From the IMG/VR virus record IMGVR_UViG_3300044616_001452: a stretch of 64,000 nucleotides of DNA. One strand, 5' to 3'. The stretch's first letter is position 1, and each line of letters starts with the position of its first letter. Source of the DNA: a virus. Under the pieces are notes generated by a model, which saw nothing but the letters and a program-made list of their open reading frames with translations, searched no databases and had not been told where the DNA came from. Shown in pieces: positions 11,111-21,461 of the stretch. A program made the translations under genes and the position numbers.

Positions 11111-12007
11111 ATGAAATATAGTATTTTTCATTTGCAAGGTGGAATTGGAAAGCATATCGCAGCAACGGCCGTTGCGAAAACAATTAAAAATAATCATCCT
11201 GATAGGAAATTAATTGTTGTCTGCGCCTACCCAGAAATTTTTATTAATCTAAATTTTGTTGATAGAGTTTTTACATTAGGAAATACAAGTTATTTTTATC
11301 AAGAATATATTCAGGATAAAGACTCAATCATCTTTCATCATGAGCCATACTACACCACTAATCACATTCATAAAAGAAAAAAACTTATACCAAACTGGTG
11401 TGAAATGTATGGTTTGAATTACAATAATGAATGGCCAGAACTGAAGTTCAATAAATTGCAATATGATTTATCTAAAAGGCATTGGCTAAGAAAAAAACCC
11501 ATCATGTTAATTCATACCAATGGCGGTATGATGACAATTGATGCAAAATCATATGCATGGACAAGAGATATGCCAGAAAGCATAGCTCAAGAACTGGTCG
11601 ATCACTATAAAAAAGATTATCATATCTATCAAATTACTAAATTGAATTCACCAAAATTAAACGGTGCTGAACATATTTTTGCCACTCAACAACAATCATT
11701 GACACTGATGGAACTGTTTAGTTTAATACTACACAGTAAAAAAAGAATCTTTATTGATTCTTGTATGCAACATGCAGCAGCCGCAATGAAAAGGAAATCA
11801 ACAGTTCTTTGGAATGGCACCAGCCCTAAAGTTTTTGGATATGATGTACATGACAATATAAGCACAGAAATTCCATACGACTTCAAATTACCAGGAAGTT
11901 ATCTTTTTGATTTCGACTTTAATGGTAATGAATTAGAATATCCGTTTACTGATGATGTTAAATTATTCGATATAAATAAAATCATCGAGTCTGTTGATAA
12001 ACAATAG
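11111..12007 (+). CDS. GT9/heptosyltransferase-like (GT-B) protein
   Basis: GGIGKHIAAT N-terminal motif and IDSCMQHAAAA...VLW...P..FGY; start placed at ATG 11111 rather than 11036. Confidence 0.7.
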   Translation: MKYSIFHLQGGIGKHIAATAVAKTIKNNHPDRKLIVVCAYPEIFINLNFVDRVFTLGNTSYFYQEYIQDKDSIIFHHEPYYTTNHIHKRKKLIPNWCEMYGLNYNNEWPELKFNKLQYDLSKRHWLRKKPIMLIHTNGGMMTIDAKSYAWTRDMPESIAQELVDHYKKDYHIYQITKLNSPKLNGAEHIFATQQQSLTLMELFSLILHSKKRIFIDSCMQHAAAAMKRKSTVLWNGTSPKVFGYDVHDNISTEIPYDFKLPGSYLFDFDFNGNELEYPFTDDVKLFDINKIIESVDKQ

Positions 12008-12017
12008 AGGTAAAAAA

Positions 12018-12938
12018 ATGAGCGCAATTGAAAGAAAATATTATTTTATGTCTGGATTACCAAGATCGGGAAGCACTTTGCTTTCGTCATTGTTAAATCA
12101 GAATCCTAGATTTCATTCTGGGCCTAGTTCTCCTGTGGTTCCAACAATTTTAGCTTTGGAAAATTCTTTGTCTCAAGATGAATTATACCTTGCATATCCT
12201 AAACCAGAACAGGCAAGAAGACTTATCGCAAGTGTTTTACAAATCTATTATTCAGATGTAGAAAGACCTGTAATTTTTGATAAAAACAGGTCATGGGTTG
12301 ACAGAATGAATTATATTGAAGGGTATTTTGGTATTCAACCAAAAATTTTATACCCAGTTAGAAACATCGACGAAATTTTAGCCTCATTTATTTCTATGTA
12401 TCGCCGTAATCCATACACAGGAGAAGGTAAAATATCTTTTATGGATGAAATGTTGATTAAAAGTAATCAACCACTAAATGATGATTCTCGTTGTCAAATG
12501 CTTGCCGGTCCAATGGGTATTCTTGGGCAAAGTTACAATGGCTTAAAAACAGTTTTTGAGCAGGGAAAACAAAACTCAATTCATCTTATTGAGTATGATG
12601 AATTGATTAATCAACCAAAAGAAACTATGGAAAAAATATATGACTTCTTAGAAGAAAAATATTTTGAACATGATTATCAGAACATAGAAAATCTGCACAG
12701 AGAAAGAGACAAAGAAGTATATGGGCTTGCTGATATGCATGAAGTTAGAAAATCTCTAGGTAAGTCCTCATTAGATCCTAAAGAATTATTATCAGAAAAT
12801 ATTTTAAACTTATGTAAAGGTGTTGAATTCTGGAGGGACGTGAAAGAATTTGATCCCGCAGAACACGAAGAAGATGAAAACGAAATTAATTTCTTAAACA
12901 GTAACTTTGACAACAACGAAAAAATAATAGGAGCATAA
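12018..12938 (+). CDS. Sulfotransferase family protein
   Basis: 5'-PSB loop GLPRSGSTLL, DKNR.W, VRN...ILAS, IEYDELI..P; start at ATG 12018 after GAGG. Confidence 0.85.
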   Translation: MSAIERKYYFMSGLPRSGSTLLSSLLNQNPRFHSGPSSPVVPTILALENSLSQDELYLAYPKPEQARRLIASVLQIYYSDVERPVIFDKNRSWVDRMNYIEGYFGIQPKILYPVRNIDEILASFISMYRRNPYTGEGKISFMDEMLIKSNQPLNDDSRCQMLAGPMGILGQSYNGLKTVFEQGKQNSIHLIEYDELINQPKETMEKIYDFLEEKYFEHDYQNIENLHRERDKEVYGLADMHEVRKSLGKSSLDPKELLSENILNLCKGVEFWRDVKEFDPAEHEEDENEINFLNSNFDNNEKIIGA

Positions 12939-12939
12939 C

Positions 12940-13239
12940 ATGACTTTAGAGGAAGAAGTGGAACAAAGAGAAGCACACATCAAATCCATAGAAGGAATTA
13001 GAGAAACTATACTACGAGCAAAAGATTCAGTGTGGGTTATCAATAATGAAATTGATAAAAAAAATAATTCAGCAGATGGAAAATTAACTAAAGAAGGAAA
13101 GGGCAACGTTGAAAGAAATGTTGGGCATCTAGAAATTATTTTGGCCACCCAATATATTGCTGAGTCGGGAGAGGACCTTTCTGAATTACAAGCAGCGGTC
13201 GTAACAGGAAAGGCATTACTTGCAGAAGAAACGGAATAA
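12940..13239 (+). CDS. Hypothetical protein
   Basis: 99-aa ORF with GGAG RBS. Confidence 0.6.
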   Translation: MTLEEEVEQREAHIKSIEGIRETILRAKDSVWVINNEIDKKNNSADGKLTKEGKGNVERNVGHLEIILATQYIAESGEDLSELQAAVVTGKALLAEETE

Positions 13240-13241
13240 TT

Positions 13242-14096
13242 ATGAAAAAGATTTTGATTATGGGTCTTCCTGGTTCAGGTAAGACATACTTTGCAGAAAG
13301 ATTGAAAAAATACTTGGAAGAAAATAGTAATTTACATAATGCTCCAGACGGTGCACTATCGAATTATGAAACCGTTCCAATGCACTGGAAGGCAAAAGTA
13401 GATTGGTTCAATGCAGACGAGGTAAGAAAACGTTATAATGATTGGGATTTTAGCCATGAAGGTAGAATTAGGCAAAGCCTGAGAATGGCAGAGTTTGCTT
13501 TAAAGTGTAAAGGTGACTATGTAATCTGTGACTTTGTTGCACCTTTAGTTGAGATGAGAAACAACTTTAAAGCCGATTGGACAATCTGGATGGACACCAT
13601 AGATGCAGGGCGGTTTGAGGATACTAATAAGGTATTCGTATCTCCTGAAGTATATGATTTCCGAATAAACGAAATGAATGCTGAAAAATGGGTTTCTTTT
13701 GTTGGTGAACATATACTAGAAAATAAAAGGCGTCCAAACTTTGACTGGAAAAAAGAAACAGTACAGATGCTAGGTAGATGGCAACCATGGCATGCTGGGC
13801 ACCGTGCGCTTTTTGAACGTGCCATACAGAAAACTGGGCAAGTTGTCATTCAAATTCGTGATTGCCAAGGGTGGCAAGGTACTAATCCATTTGCTATCGA
13901 GCAGGTTAAAAACTACATTCGAAAAGATTTAGACTTGCAATACCAAGGAATGTATACGATTCAAGTTGTTCCAAATATCGTAAATATTACTTATGGAAGA
14001 GATGTTGGTTATAAAATTGAGCAAGAAGTGTTTGAACAATCTATACATGATATCAGTGCAACAAAAATTAGAAAAGGAATGGGTTTCGATAAATAA
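13242..14096 (+). CDS. Adenylylsulfate kinase (CysC)-like P-loop kinase fused to an HxGH nucleotidyltransferase domain
   Basis: MGLPGSGKT P-loop, NADEVR, DFS.EGRIRQ; C-terminal GRWQPWHAGH ... ISATKIR. Confidence 0.75.
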   Translation: MKKILIMGLPGSGKTYFAERLKKYLEENSNLHNAPDGALSNYETVPMHWKAKVDWFNADEVRKRYNDWDFSHEGRIRQSLRMAEFALKCKGDYVICDFVAPLVEMRNNFKADWTIWMDTIDAGRFEDTNKVFVSPEVYDFRINEMNAEKWVSFVGEHILENKRRPNFDWKKETVQMLGRWQPWHAGHRALFERAIQKTGQVVIQIRDCQGWQGTNPFAIEQVKNYIRKDLDLQYQGMYTIQVVPNIVNITYGRDVGYKIEQEVFEQSIHDISATKIRKGMGFDK

Positions 14097-14123
14097 TCCA
14101 TTATATCCTAAAAGGGCAGAAAA

Positions 14124-14900
14124 ATGCCAGCAGTAACTAATAGAAACACATTTAAAGACTATTGTTTACGCAGACTGGGATTTCCTACCATTGAGATAAA
14201 CGTTGATGATGATCAGGTAGAAGATCGTATCGATGACGCTTTACAATATTGGCAAGATTACCACTTTGATGCTTTACAGAAGGTTTATTATATTCGTGCA
14301 TTAAATGCTACGGATATGACAAACAAATATATAAATTTAAGCCCTTCTGTAACGCTAGACACAAGTGGTAACTCAGTTAATATTATTGGCGTTACTCGTG
14401 TATTTCCAATCTCAGACTCAATCAACCAAAACAATATGTTCGACCTCAGATACCAATTACGTCTGAACGAACTGTATGATTTTACGTCTGCATCCTATAT
14501 CAATTATACTTTGACAATGCAGCACCTCCGTTCATTGGAACTTCTATTTACGGGTGAAGTTCCAATACGATTCCAACGTCATATGCACCGTTTGTACTGT
14601 GACTGGGGATGGGGATCCGCTGTTCAACAAGGTACAGTTGTTATCGCAGAATGTTTTGCTCTCATTAAACCTGAAGATTACATCTCTGTATGGAATGACC
14701 GTTGGCTAAAAGAATATGCCACCTCATTAATCAAAAGGAACTGGGGTAGTAACCTTAAAAAGTTTGCAGGAGTTCAATTGCCCGGAGGAGTAATGCTCAA
14801 TGGGCAGGTAATTTATGATGAAGCCGTCGAAGAAATAAAGGGCTTAGAACAAGAAATGCAAAGCAAATATGAACTTCCAGTGGACTTTTATCTAAACTAA
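14124..14900 (+). CDS. gp13: Neck protein gp13
   Basis: YCLRRLG.P.IEINVDDDQVEDRIDDALQ..., KFAGVQLPGGVMLNG; T4 synteny. Confidence 0.93.
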   Translation: MPAVTNRNTFKDYCLRRLGFPTIEINVDDDQVEDRIDDALQYWQDYHFDALQKVYYIRALNATDMTNKYINLSPSVTLDTSGNSVNIIGVTRVFPISDSINQNNMFDLRYQLRLNELYDFTSASYINYTLTMQHLRSLELLFTGEVPIRFQRHMHRLYCDWGWGSAVQQGTVVIAECFALIKPEDYISVWNDRWLKEYATSLIKRNWGSNLKKFAGVQLPGGVMLNGQVIYDEAVEEIKGLEQEMQSKYELPVDFYLN

Positions 14901-15772
14901 TGGCTACCAATCTATATTTTAATAACTTTAATTCAAGCCCAGAACAAAGACTTGTTGAGGACTTGATGATCGAAACCATTAAAATTAATGGTGTCGATTG
15001 CTATTACATTCCAAACATAAATGAAGCGGCTAGGGATCTTCTTTATGGTGAAGATCCACTTAAAAAATTTACTGCTGCTTATCCGCTTGAACTCTATATT
15101 ACAAATGTAGACGGTTACGAAGGCGAAAGAGAGTTCTTCTCGAAATTTGGTTTAGAAATTCGTAACAACATGTCGGTAATTATATCAAAAAGATCATTTG
15201 CTCGTTGGGTTCCACAGACATATCACCGCCCAAGAGAGGGTGATTTAATTTACATACCCTTCTTTGCTCAGACTGGTGAAATGTATGAGATTAAATATGT
15301 GAATTTCTCAGAAGCATTCTATGTTTTGGGTAACAAGTATCCATATTTCTATAAACTTGAACTAGAGAAATTCAAATACTCACAAGAAACTATCGATGTT
15401 GGCATTCCAATTATCGATGAATTGGTTTATCAGGATGCTTACTCAATAGAATTAACAATAAACAAAGCAACTGGCAACGGAAACTTTATACGTGGCGAAT
15501 CTATACATAACACATCGAATACAGTGTACGGAACTGTGACAGATTGGAATGCAAACACAGGCATTATAAAAGTAACCGATCTGTATGGAACTTTTGCTAA
15601 CAGTATGCTTCTGCGTGGAAATACAAGTAATGCTTCCTACACAACGACAGCAGCACCAGATGAATTAAAAGATAATCAAATACGAGAAATGTACGATAAC
15701 AAAGTAATTCAAAACGAAGCTGATGTTATCATAGACACAACAGAAACAAATCCTTTTGGTAGAATATCATGA
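14900..15772 (+). CDS. gp14: Neck protein gp14
   Basis: EQRLVEDLMIETIKING, FSKFGLEI, RPREGDLIY, ETNPFG. Confidence 0.93.
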   Translation: MATNLYFNNFNSSPEQRLVEDLMIETIKINGVDCYYIPNINEAARDLLYGEDPLKKFTAAYPLELYITNVDGYEGEREFFSKFGLEIRNNMSVIISKRSFARWVPQTYHRPREGDLIYIPFFAQTGEMYEIKYVNFSEAFYVLGNKYPYFYKLELEKFKYSQETIDVGIPIIDELVYQDAYSIELTINKATGNGNFIRGESIHNTSNTVYGTVTDWNANTGIIKVTDLYGTFANSMLLRGNTSNASYTTTAAPDELKDNQIREMYDNKVIQNEADVIIDTTETNPFGRIS

Positions 15773-16773
15773 CTACAAACTATTCTTACCATAGAATTAT
15801 CAGAAAGATAATTGTAGCTTTCGGTGATATGTTCAATAGCGTTAAAATTGGAAGATATGACGCTAATGGCAATGAGCTTGAAAAATTTCTTGTTCCTTTG
15901 TTATACGGTGGTAAAGAAAAATATGTCTCCCGTTTAGAAGGTGATCCAGAACTCGACAAAAAGGTTCAGATTACTCTTCCAGTTATGTCTTACGAAATGA
16001 CAAACATGTCATATGATGCAGGAAGAAAACTGAATTCGAATTTCAAAAATATCGGATCAAGTTATTCGCAAAATGCGGCTTTAGCAGTTTATAATCCAGT
16101 GCCATTTGATTTCGATTTTTCTCTTTTTGCTTATGTTCGTAACTTTGAAGATGGTGCTCAAATCATGGAAAAAATTCTTCCATATTTTACACCAGATTAT
16201 ACAATAAATGTAAATTTAATACCAGAATTAGGTATAATTAAACAACTTCCAATCGTACTAAAGAGTGTATCACACGAAAATGATTATGAAGGTGCTTATG
16301 ATTCAGATGTTAGAAGAATAATTTGGACTTTAAACTTTACGGTTAAGGGTTACATATATGGTCCGATATCTGAACCAAAGATTATTAGAACTTCAATTAC
16401 GAATATATTAGATGACAATACATTGAATCAAGAAAGTGTCGTAGGTATAACCATGAATTCTGGAGGGTTTGGTAATTACCAACTATCGGAAACAGTATAT
16501 CAAGGTTACTCGTTTGAAACATCGACAGCTAGTGCAGCCGTAACTAATTGGAATTCCACAACTAAAACTTTGACGATTGGTAAACCGACAGGGCATTTTA
16601 TTAGTGGGCAGAACGTCATTGGATTAACCACGCACTCAACTTGGACAGCCAATACATTCAGTATAAATCCATCGGATCTTGTAACTATCACCATAACACC
16701 AAATCCTTCCAATGTTATTCTTCCAAATAACTATACATATACAACCGTAATAACTGAATTTCCAAATACATAA
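15769..16773 (+). CDS. gp15: Tail sheath stabilizer/completion protein gp15
   Basis: IRKIIVAFGDMFN, VPLLYGGKEK, QIMEKILPYFTP; synteny. Confidence 0.92.
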   Translation: MTTNYSYHRIIRKIIVAFGDMFNSVKIGRYDANGNELEKFLVPLLYGGKEKYVSRLEGDPELDKKVQITLPVMSYEMTNMSYDAGRKLNSNFKNIGSSYSQNAALAVYNPVPFDFDFSLFAYVRNFEDGAQIMEKILPYFTPDYTINVNLIPELGIIKQLPIVLKSVSHENDYEGAYDSDVRRIIWTLNFTVKGYIYGPISEPKIIRTSITNILDDNTLNQESVVGITMNSGGFGNYQLSETVYQGYSFETSTASAAVTNWNSTTKTLTIGKPTGHFISGQNVIGLTTHSTWTANTFSINPSDLVTITITPNPSNVILPNNYTYTTVITEFPNT

Positions 16774-17196
16774 ATGTCAAACTTTGAAAAAAATATGGCT
16801 GAAATTTTTGATGTAGTGCCAGTCGAAAAACCAAATTTACCAGTCGCAAAACAAACACCAAGCACAGAAGGTTTGGAAATAGACCTAGATGCCGACTATC
16901 TAGAATCCAGACAAACATACAAAGAGCTTATTGAAAAGGGCAATCAAGCTATTGACCACCTCCTTGCAATCGCATCAGAGACAGAACACCCAAGAGCATT
17001 TGAAGTTGTAGCCACACTCATTAAAAACACCACTGAGGCAAACGAAAAACTTCTAACTATGCAGAAAATGATGCGAGAAATGAAAGGTATGAAATCTAAT
17101 GATCAAAATAAGGTTTCTGTAGATAAAGCTATATTCATCGGATCGACTGCTGAACTGTCAAAACTGATAAAAGGTAAGAAATCTCTTGATGAATAA
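16774..17196 (+). CDS. gp16: Terminase small subunit gp16
   Basis: DY..SR..Y..LIEKG, EHPRAFEVVATLIK, IFIGSTAEL. Confidence 0.92.
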   Translation: MSNFEKNMAEIFDVVPVEKPNLPVAKQTPSTEGLEIDLDADYLESRQTYKELIEKGNQAIDHLLAIASETEHPRAFEVVATLIKNTTEANEKLLTMQKMMREMKGMKSNDQNKVSVDKAIFIGSTAELSKLIKGKKSLDE

Positions 17197-18835
17197 AGAT
17201 TCTTATAGAGATAATCCTCTACTAAAACGTGCAGGAGTACAGCACAATTATACAGAAGAAGAGATTAAAGAATATATTACGTGTTCGAAAGATCCCGTTT
17301 ACTTTGCGGAAAAATATATCAAAATCGTGAACGTTGATAAAGGTTTGATACCGTTTGATATGTGGCCGTTTCAAAAAGATATGATTCGGTTGTTTCATGA
17401 AAACAGATTTGTAATTACAAAATGCCCCCGACAGGTCGGTAAAACAACCACATCAGTAGGTTACCTTCTTTGGCTAACACTCTTTTCTGATTCTCAAAAC
17501 ATTGCCGTTCTTGCAAATAAAGGTTCTTTAGCTAGAGACATTCTATCCAAGTATCAACTTGCGTATGAGAATTTACCTATGTGGTTGCAACAAGGTGTTG
17601 TGACCTGGAACAAAGGTAACGTCGAACTGGAAAACGGTTCAAAGATTATTGCTGCTTCAACCTCATCTTCTGCCATTCGAGGTGGAGCTTTCAACGTGGT
17701 TTTCTTGGACGAATTTGCGTTCGTTCCAGCCAATATTGCAAACGAATTCTTCAACTCTGTTTACCCTGTTATTTCGTCTGGTAAATCCACAAAAATCATT
17801 ATAGTTTCCACACCAAACGGTATGAATCTGTTCTACAAGCTTTGGATGGATGCTATAGGCAAGAAAAACGGATACAAACCTTTCCAAATTCATTGGTCCA
17901 TGGTGCCAGGTAGAGATGAAAAATGGAGAGAAGAAACAATCAAGAACACGTCCGAAGAACAATTTAGACAAGAGTTTGAATGTGAATTCTTAGGTTCAAC
18001 AAATACACTAATCTCTGGCTCAAAACTTGCGCAACTTGTGTATAGTGAGCCAGTTATTCGGCATGAATTGCTTCATATCTATGAGCCTCCAGTCAAAGGT
18101 GATGATGAAAAAACAAAAGATCATATATATGCTATATGCGTAGACCCTTCAGAGGGTAATAATCTAGACGATTCTGCATTTTCTGTCTTCGATATTTCAA
18201 CGGTACCATATAAGCAAGTAGCAAAATACAACAGTTCTTCTATTTCACCTCTTCTCTTCCCCACGGTAATCTACAATACAGCAAAACTATATAATGATGC
18301 ATATGTTTTAGTGGAGATTAACAATACTCCTCAAATAGCAGACACGTTACATCGTGATTTTGAATATGAAAATGTTGTAAAAGTTGAAACAGGAAATAAA
18401 AAAGCACAATCAATTGGTACGGGTTTTGGTAGAGGTGTACAACTTGGTGTGAAAATGTCTGCGCAGGTGAAAAGAATTGGTTGTTCAAATTTGAAAACAC
18501 TGATTGAATCCAATAAATTAATCATACAAGACTTTGACACGATCTCGCAATTAACAACATTTGTTTCGGCTCATAACAGTTTTAGAGCAGAAGAAGGTTC
18601 GAATGATGATATTGTTATGACACTCGTTATGTTTGCATGGATGACCACTCAGCAATATTTCAAAGAAATCGTAAATCATGATTTAAGAAAACAGATGCAA
18701 TTGGAAATGATGAATCAAAAGGACGAAGAAATACCCTCCTTTGGTTTATATGATGACGGAAAACAAGAAAAATACATCGTTGAAGGTGGTGATGTATGGC
18801 TAGTAAAGGAAGAAGAATCACTATTTAGATTCTGA
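17186..18835 (+). CDS. gp17: Terminase large subunit gp17
   Basis: PRQVGKTT Walker A, FLDEFAF Walker B, STPNG, nuclease DDIVM. Confidence 0.97.
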   Translation: MMNKDSYRDNPLLKRAGVQHNYTEEEIKEYITCSKDPVYFAEKYIKIVNVDKGLIPFDMWPFQKDMIRLFHENRFVITKCPRQVGKTTTSVGYLLWLTLFSDSQNIAVLANKGSLARDILSKYQLAYENLPMWLQQGVVTWNKGNVELENGSKIIAASTSSSAIRGGAFNVVFLDEFAFVPANIANEFFNSVYPVISSGKSTKIIIVSTPNGMNLFYKLWMDAIGKKNGYKPFQIHWSMVPGRDEKWREETIKNTSEEQFRQEFECEFLGSTNTLISGSKLAQLVYSEPVIRHELLHIYEPPVKGDDEKTKDHIYAICVDPSEGNNLDDSAFSVFDISTVPYKQVAKYNSSSISPLLFPTVIYNTAKLYNDAYVLVEINNTPQIADTLHRDFEYENVVKVETGNKKAQSIGTGFGRGVQLGVKMSAQVKRIGCSNLKTLIESNKLIIQDFDTISQLTTFVSAHNSFRAEEGSNDDIVMTLVMFAWMTTQQYFKEIVNHDLRKQMQLEMMNQKDEEIPSFGLYDDGKQEKYIVEGGDVWLVKEEESLFRF

Positions 18836-18909
18836 CTCTAAAATCACCATTTCATAAATATACCATAGGTTAAATTGCCAAAGCAAGATCATATAACAAG
18901 GAGATAAAA

Positions 18910-20838
18910 ATGGCATTTCAGATTTCTCCAGGCGTAAACGTTTCCGAGGTCGACCTAACTACAGTCGTACCTGCGGTTTCTACTACTGCTGGTGCTTTCG
19001 TTGGACCATTTCAATGGGGTCCAGTCAATAAAAGAACACTTGTTACAAGCGAATCTGCGCTTGTAAATACTTTCGGTAAGCCTGACGGAAACACAGCAAC
19101 TTCTTTCTTTTCCGCAGCTAACTTTTTGGCATATGGAAACAATCTTCAAGTTGTTCGTGTGGCTAACACAGGTTCAAATAACGCCATCATTGCAGCCAAT
19201 GTTTCTTTGCAAACTGCGAATTTGGATTCTCTGTTTTATCCAAATGCAAATAATGCTAATGCAGTAGCCAATCTACTTTCAAATCTTTATAGTTACATAA
19301 CTACTTTAAACAATGAAGATGTTTACGATATAAATTATCAAACAGATTCATATTTGGCAACTTTTGCAGCAAGATATCCTGGTGTTTTAGGTAACAGCTT
19401 AAAAGTTGTAGTTTGGGATGCTAACGTTTCAACATCTCAAATTTATACTTCAAATACACAATTACCTTCTGATACTATTACTGGCGGAAATACACAAGCA
19501 CTTCTTGCAAATACTAATACTGCTCCTCAAATATTTTCATCTTGGGCATATAAAAATTATTTCTCGGGTGCTCCGTCTACATCTTCGTACACTAGTGCAA
19601 GAAATGGAGCTAACGATCAGTTTCATATGGTTGTTCTTGATGAAGGTGGTATATTTACTGGGACTAAAGGTGCGATACTAGAAACTTTCCCCTTCTTATC
19701 AAAAGCAGTGGATTGTATTAATGATGATGGTTCTTCAGCATACTATAGAACAGTAATTAGAGATCAATCACGTTATATCTATGCTTTAGGTCCTATGGAA
19801 ACTAGACCACAGGCTAACATTGCAAATGGTGTTACAGCGTTTTCTTCTAGCATCACCAACTGGGGCAATTCAGCCGCCGGCACAAGCTTTATTGGTGCCG
19901 CCATGGGCGCTGCCAATACTGGAGCAGCATTCTCATTCGCCGGCGGTAGATCACTAGCTGTTAACAACGGAACAAAACAATCGGGATATGATTTGTTTGA
20001 TAATCCAGATGAAGTTGATATTTCATTAATTGTAACCGCTGATGCAAACACATCTGTACAACAAACTGCAATTGATTTAGCAGGTTCTAGAAAAGATTGT
20101 ATAGCTTTTGTATCTCCAGAATATGTAAATGTTGTCAACACTGCAACGCCGGCAACCAGTATTGCCACTTGGGCAAGCACACTGTCAAGAGCATCAACTT
20201 ATGCAGTCGCAGATTCGGGTTGGAAATATCAATTCGATAAGTACAATAATGTTTATCGTTGGATACCATTAAATGGTGACATTGCTGGTTTGTGTGCAAG
20301 AACGGATCAAACAAATGATCCTTGGTTCTCTCCTGCTGGTGTAAATCGTGGTGCAATTAAAAATGTCGTAAAACTGGCATGGAATCCAACACAAGCAGAT
20401 CGTGATAATATTTACTCTATCGGTGTAAACCCTGTTGTATCCTTACCAGGGCAAGGCACCATTCTGTATGGCGATAAAACACTAACAACACAGCCCTCTG
20501 CTTTCAGTAGAATTAATGTTCGCCGCCTGTTTATTGTACTTGAAAAAGCAATTTCAACTGCTGCCAAATTCTCACTGTTTGAACTGAACGATGAATTTAC
20601 TAGAGCGCAATTTGTAGCAATCGTTGAGCCATACTTACGTGACGTTAAAGGTCGCCGTGGTATTTACGATTATCGTGTTGTTTGCGATACAACTAATAAT
20701 ACTCCACAAGTAATTGACTCGAACCAGTTTGTTGGTGACATTTACATCAAGCCTGCTCGTTCTATCAACTATATTCAGTTGAACTTCATAGCAGTGCGTA
20801 GTGGTGTAAGCTTCAGTGAAATCGTCGGTTCTGTCTAA
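18910..20838 (+). CDS. gp18: Tail sheath protein gp18
   Basis: SPGVNVSEVDLT, PWFSPAG.NRG, RINVRRLF, IKPARSINYI. Confidence 0.97.
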   Translation: MAFQISPGVNVSEVDLTTVVPAVSTTAGAFVGPFQWGPVNKRTLVTSESALVNTFGKPDGNTATSFFSAANFLAYGNNLQVVRVANTGSNNAIIAANVSLQTANLDSLFYPNANNANAVANLLSNLYSYITTLNNEDVYDINYQTDSYLATFAARYPGVLGNSLKVVVWDANVSTSQIYTSNTQLPSDTITGGNTQALLANTNTAPQIFSSWAYKNYFSGAPSTSSYTSARNGANDQFHMVVLDEGGIFTGTKGAILETFPFLSKAVDCINDDGSSAYYRTVIRDQSRYIYALGPMETRPQANIANGVTAFSSSITNWGNSAAGTSFIGAAMGAANTGAAFSFAGGRSLAVNNGTKQSGYDLFDNPDEVDISLIVTADANTSVQQTAIDLAGSRKDCIAFVSPEYVNVVNTATPATSIATWASTLSRASTYAVADSGWKYQFDKYNNVYRWIPLNGDIAGLCARTDQTNDPWFSPAGVNRGAIKNVVKLAWNPTQADRDNIYSIGVNPVVSLPGQGTILYGDKTLTTQPSAFSRINVRRLFIVLEKAISTAAKFSLFELNDEFTRAQFVAIVEPYLRDVKGRRGIYDYRVVCDTTNNTPQVIDSNQFVGDIYIKPARSINYIQLNFIAVRSGVSFSEIVGSV

Positions 20839-20864
20839 TAAATAATAGGAAATAGGAGAAAACA

Positions 20865-21407
20865 ATGGCTTTTAATGTAGCAGAGTTCAGAGCAAATCTT
20901 GTAGGAGATGGTGCTCGTCCAAATCTGTTCCAAGTCACAATGACTTTTCCAACATTTAGTACAGAGGCCGCATCTTCTGCACAAGCACTGACATTTTTAT
21001 GTAAGAGCGCACAGTTGCCAGGTTCAACACTTGGCACTGTACCACTGTTCTACTTTGGGCGCGAATTGAAATTTGCTGGAAATAGAAATTTTGCTGACTG
21101 GACGATTACAATAATCAACGATGAAAACTTTAAAGTTCGTAAAGCTTTTGAATCTTGGATGAACGGTATTAATTCACATACAACTAATTTGAGAAACGGA
21201 GTTGCAGGAACACCAGCAGGTTATTCTGTCGATGCGAAAGTAAATCAGTATGATAAAGGTGGAAATATTATTAAAGCATATAACTTTGTAGGTGCATTCC
21301 CTGTTGACTTAGCACCAATTGATCTTGACTGGGGTTCGAATGATGCAATCGAAGAATTTTCGGTGACCCTAGCATATCAGTGGTGGGAATCGGATACTAC
21401 TTCTTAA
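20865..21407 (+). CDS. gp19: Tail tube protein gp19
   Basis: GARPNLFQV, GRELKFAG.R.F.DWTITI.NDE, IEEFSVT. Confidence 0.96.
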   Translation: MAFNVAEFRANLVGDGARPNLFQVTMTFPTFSTEAASSAQALTFLCKSAQLPGSTLGTVPLFYFGRELKFAGNRNFADWTITIINDENFKVRKAFESWMNGINSHTTNLRNGVAGTPAGYSVDAKVNQYDKGGNIIKAYNFVGAFPVDLAPIDLDWGSNDAIEEFSVTLAYQWWESDTTS

Positions 21408-21461
21408 TATAGAGGGGCTTATGCTCCTCATTATGTTTAATTTGAAAAGAAAGAGAAATCA

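Noticed and set aside
21412-21429. Hairpin GAGGGGC-TTAT-GCTCCTC after gp19 as a terminator
   Set aside because: No proper U-tract; may be a stability or partial-termination hairpin, too weak to call
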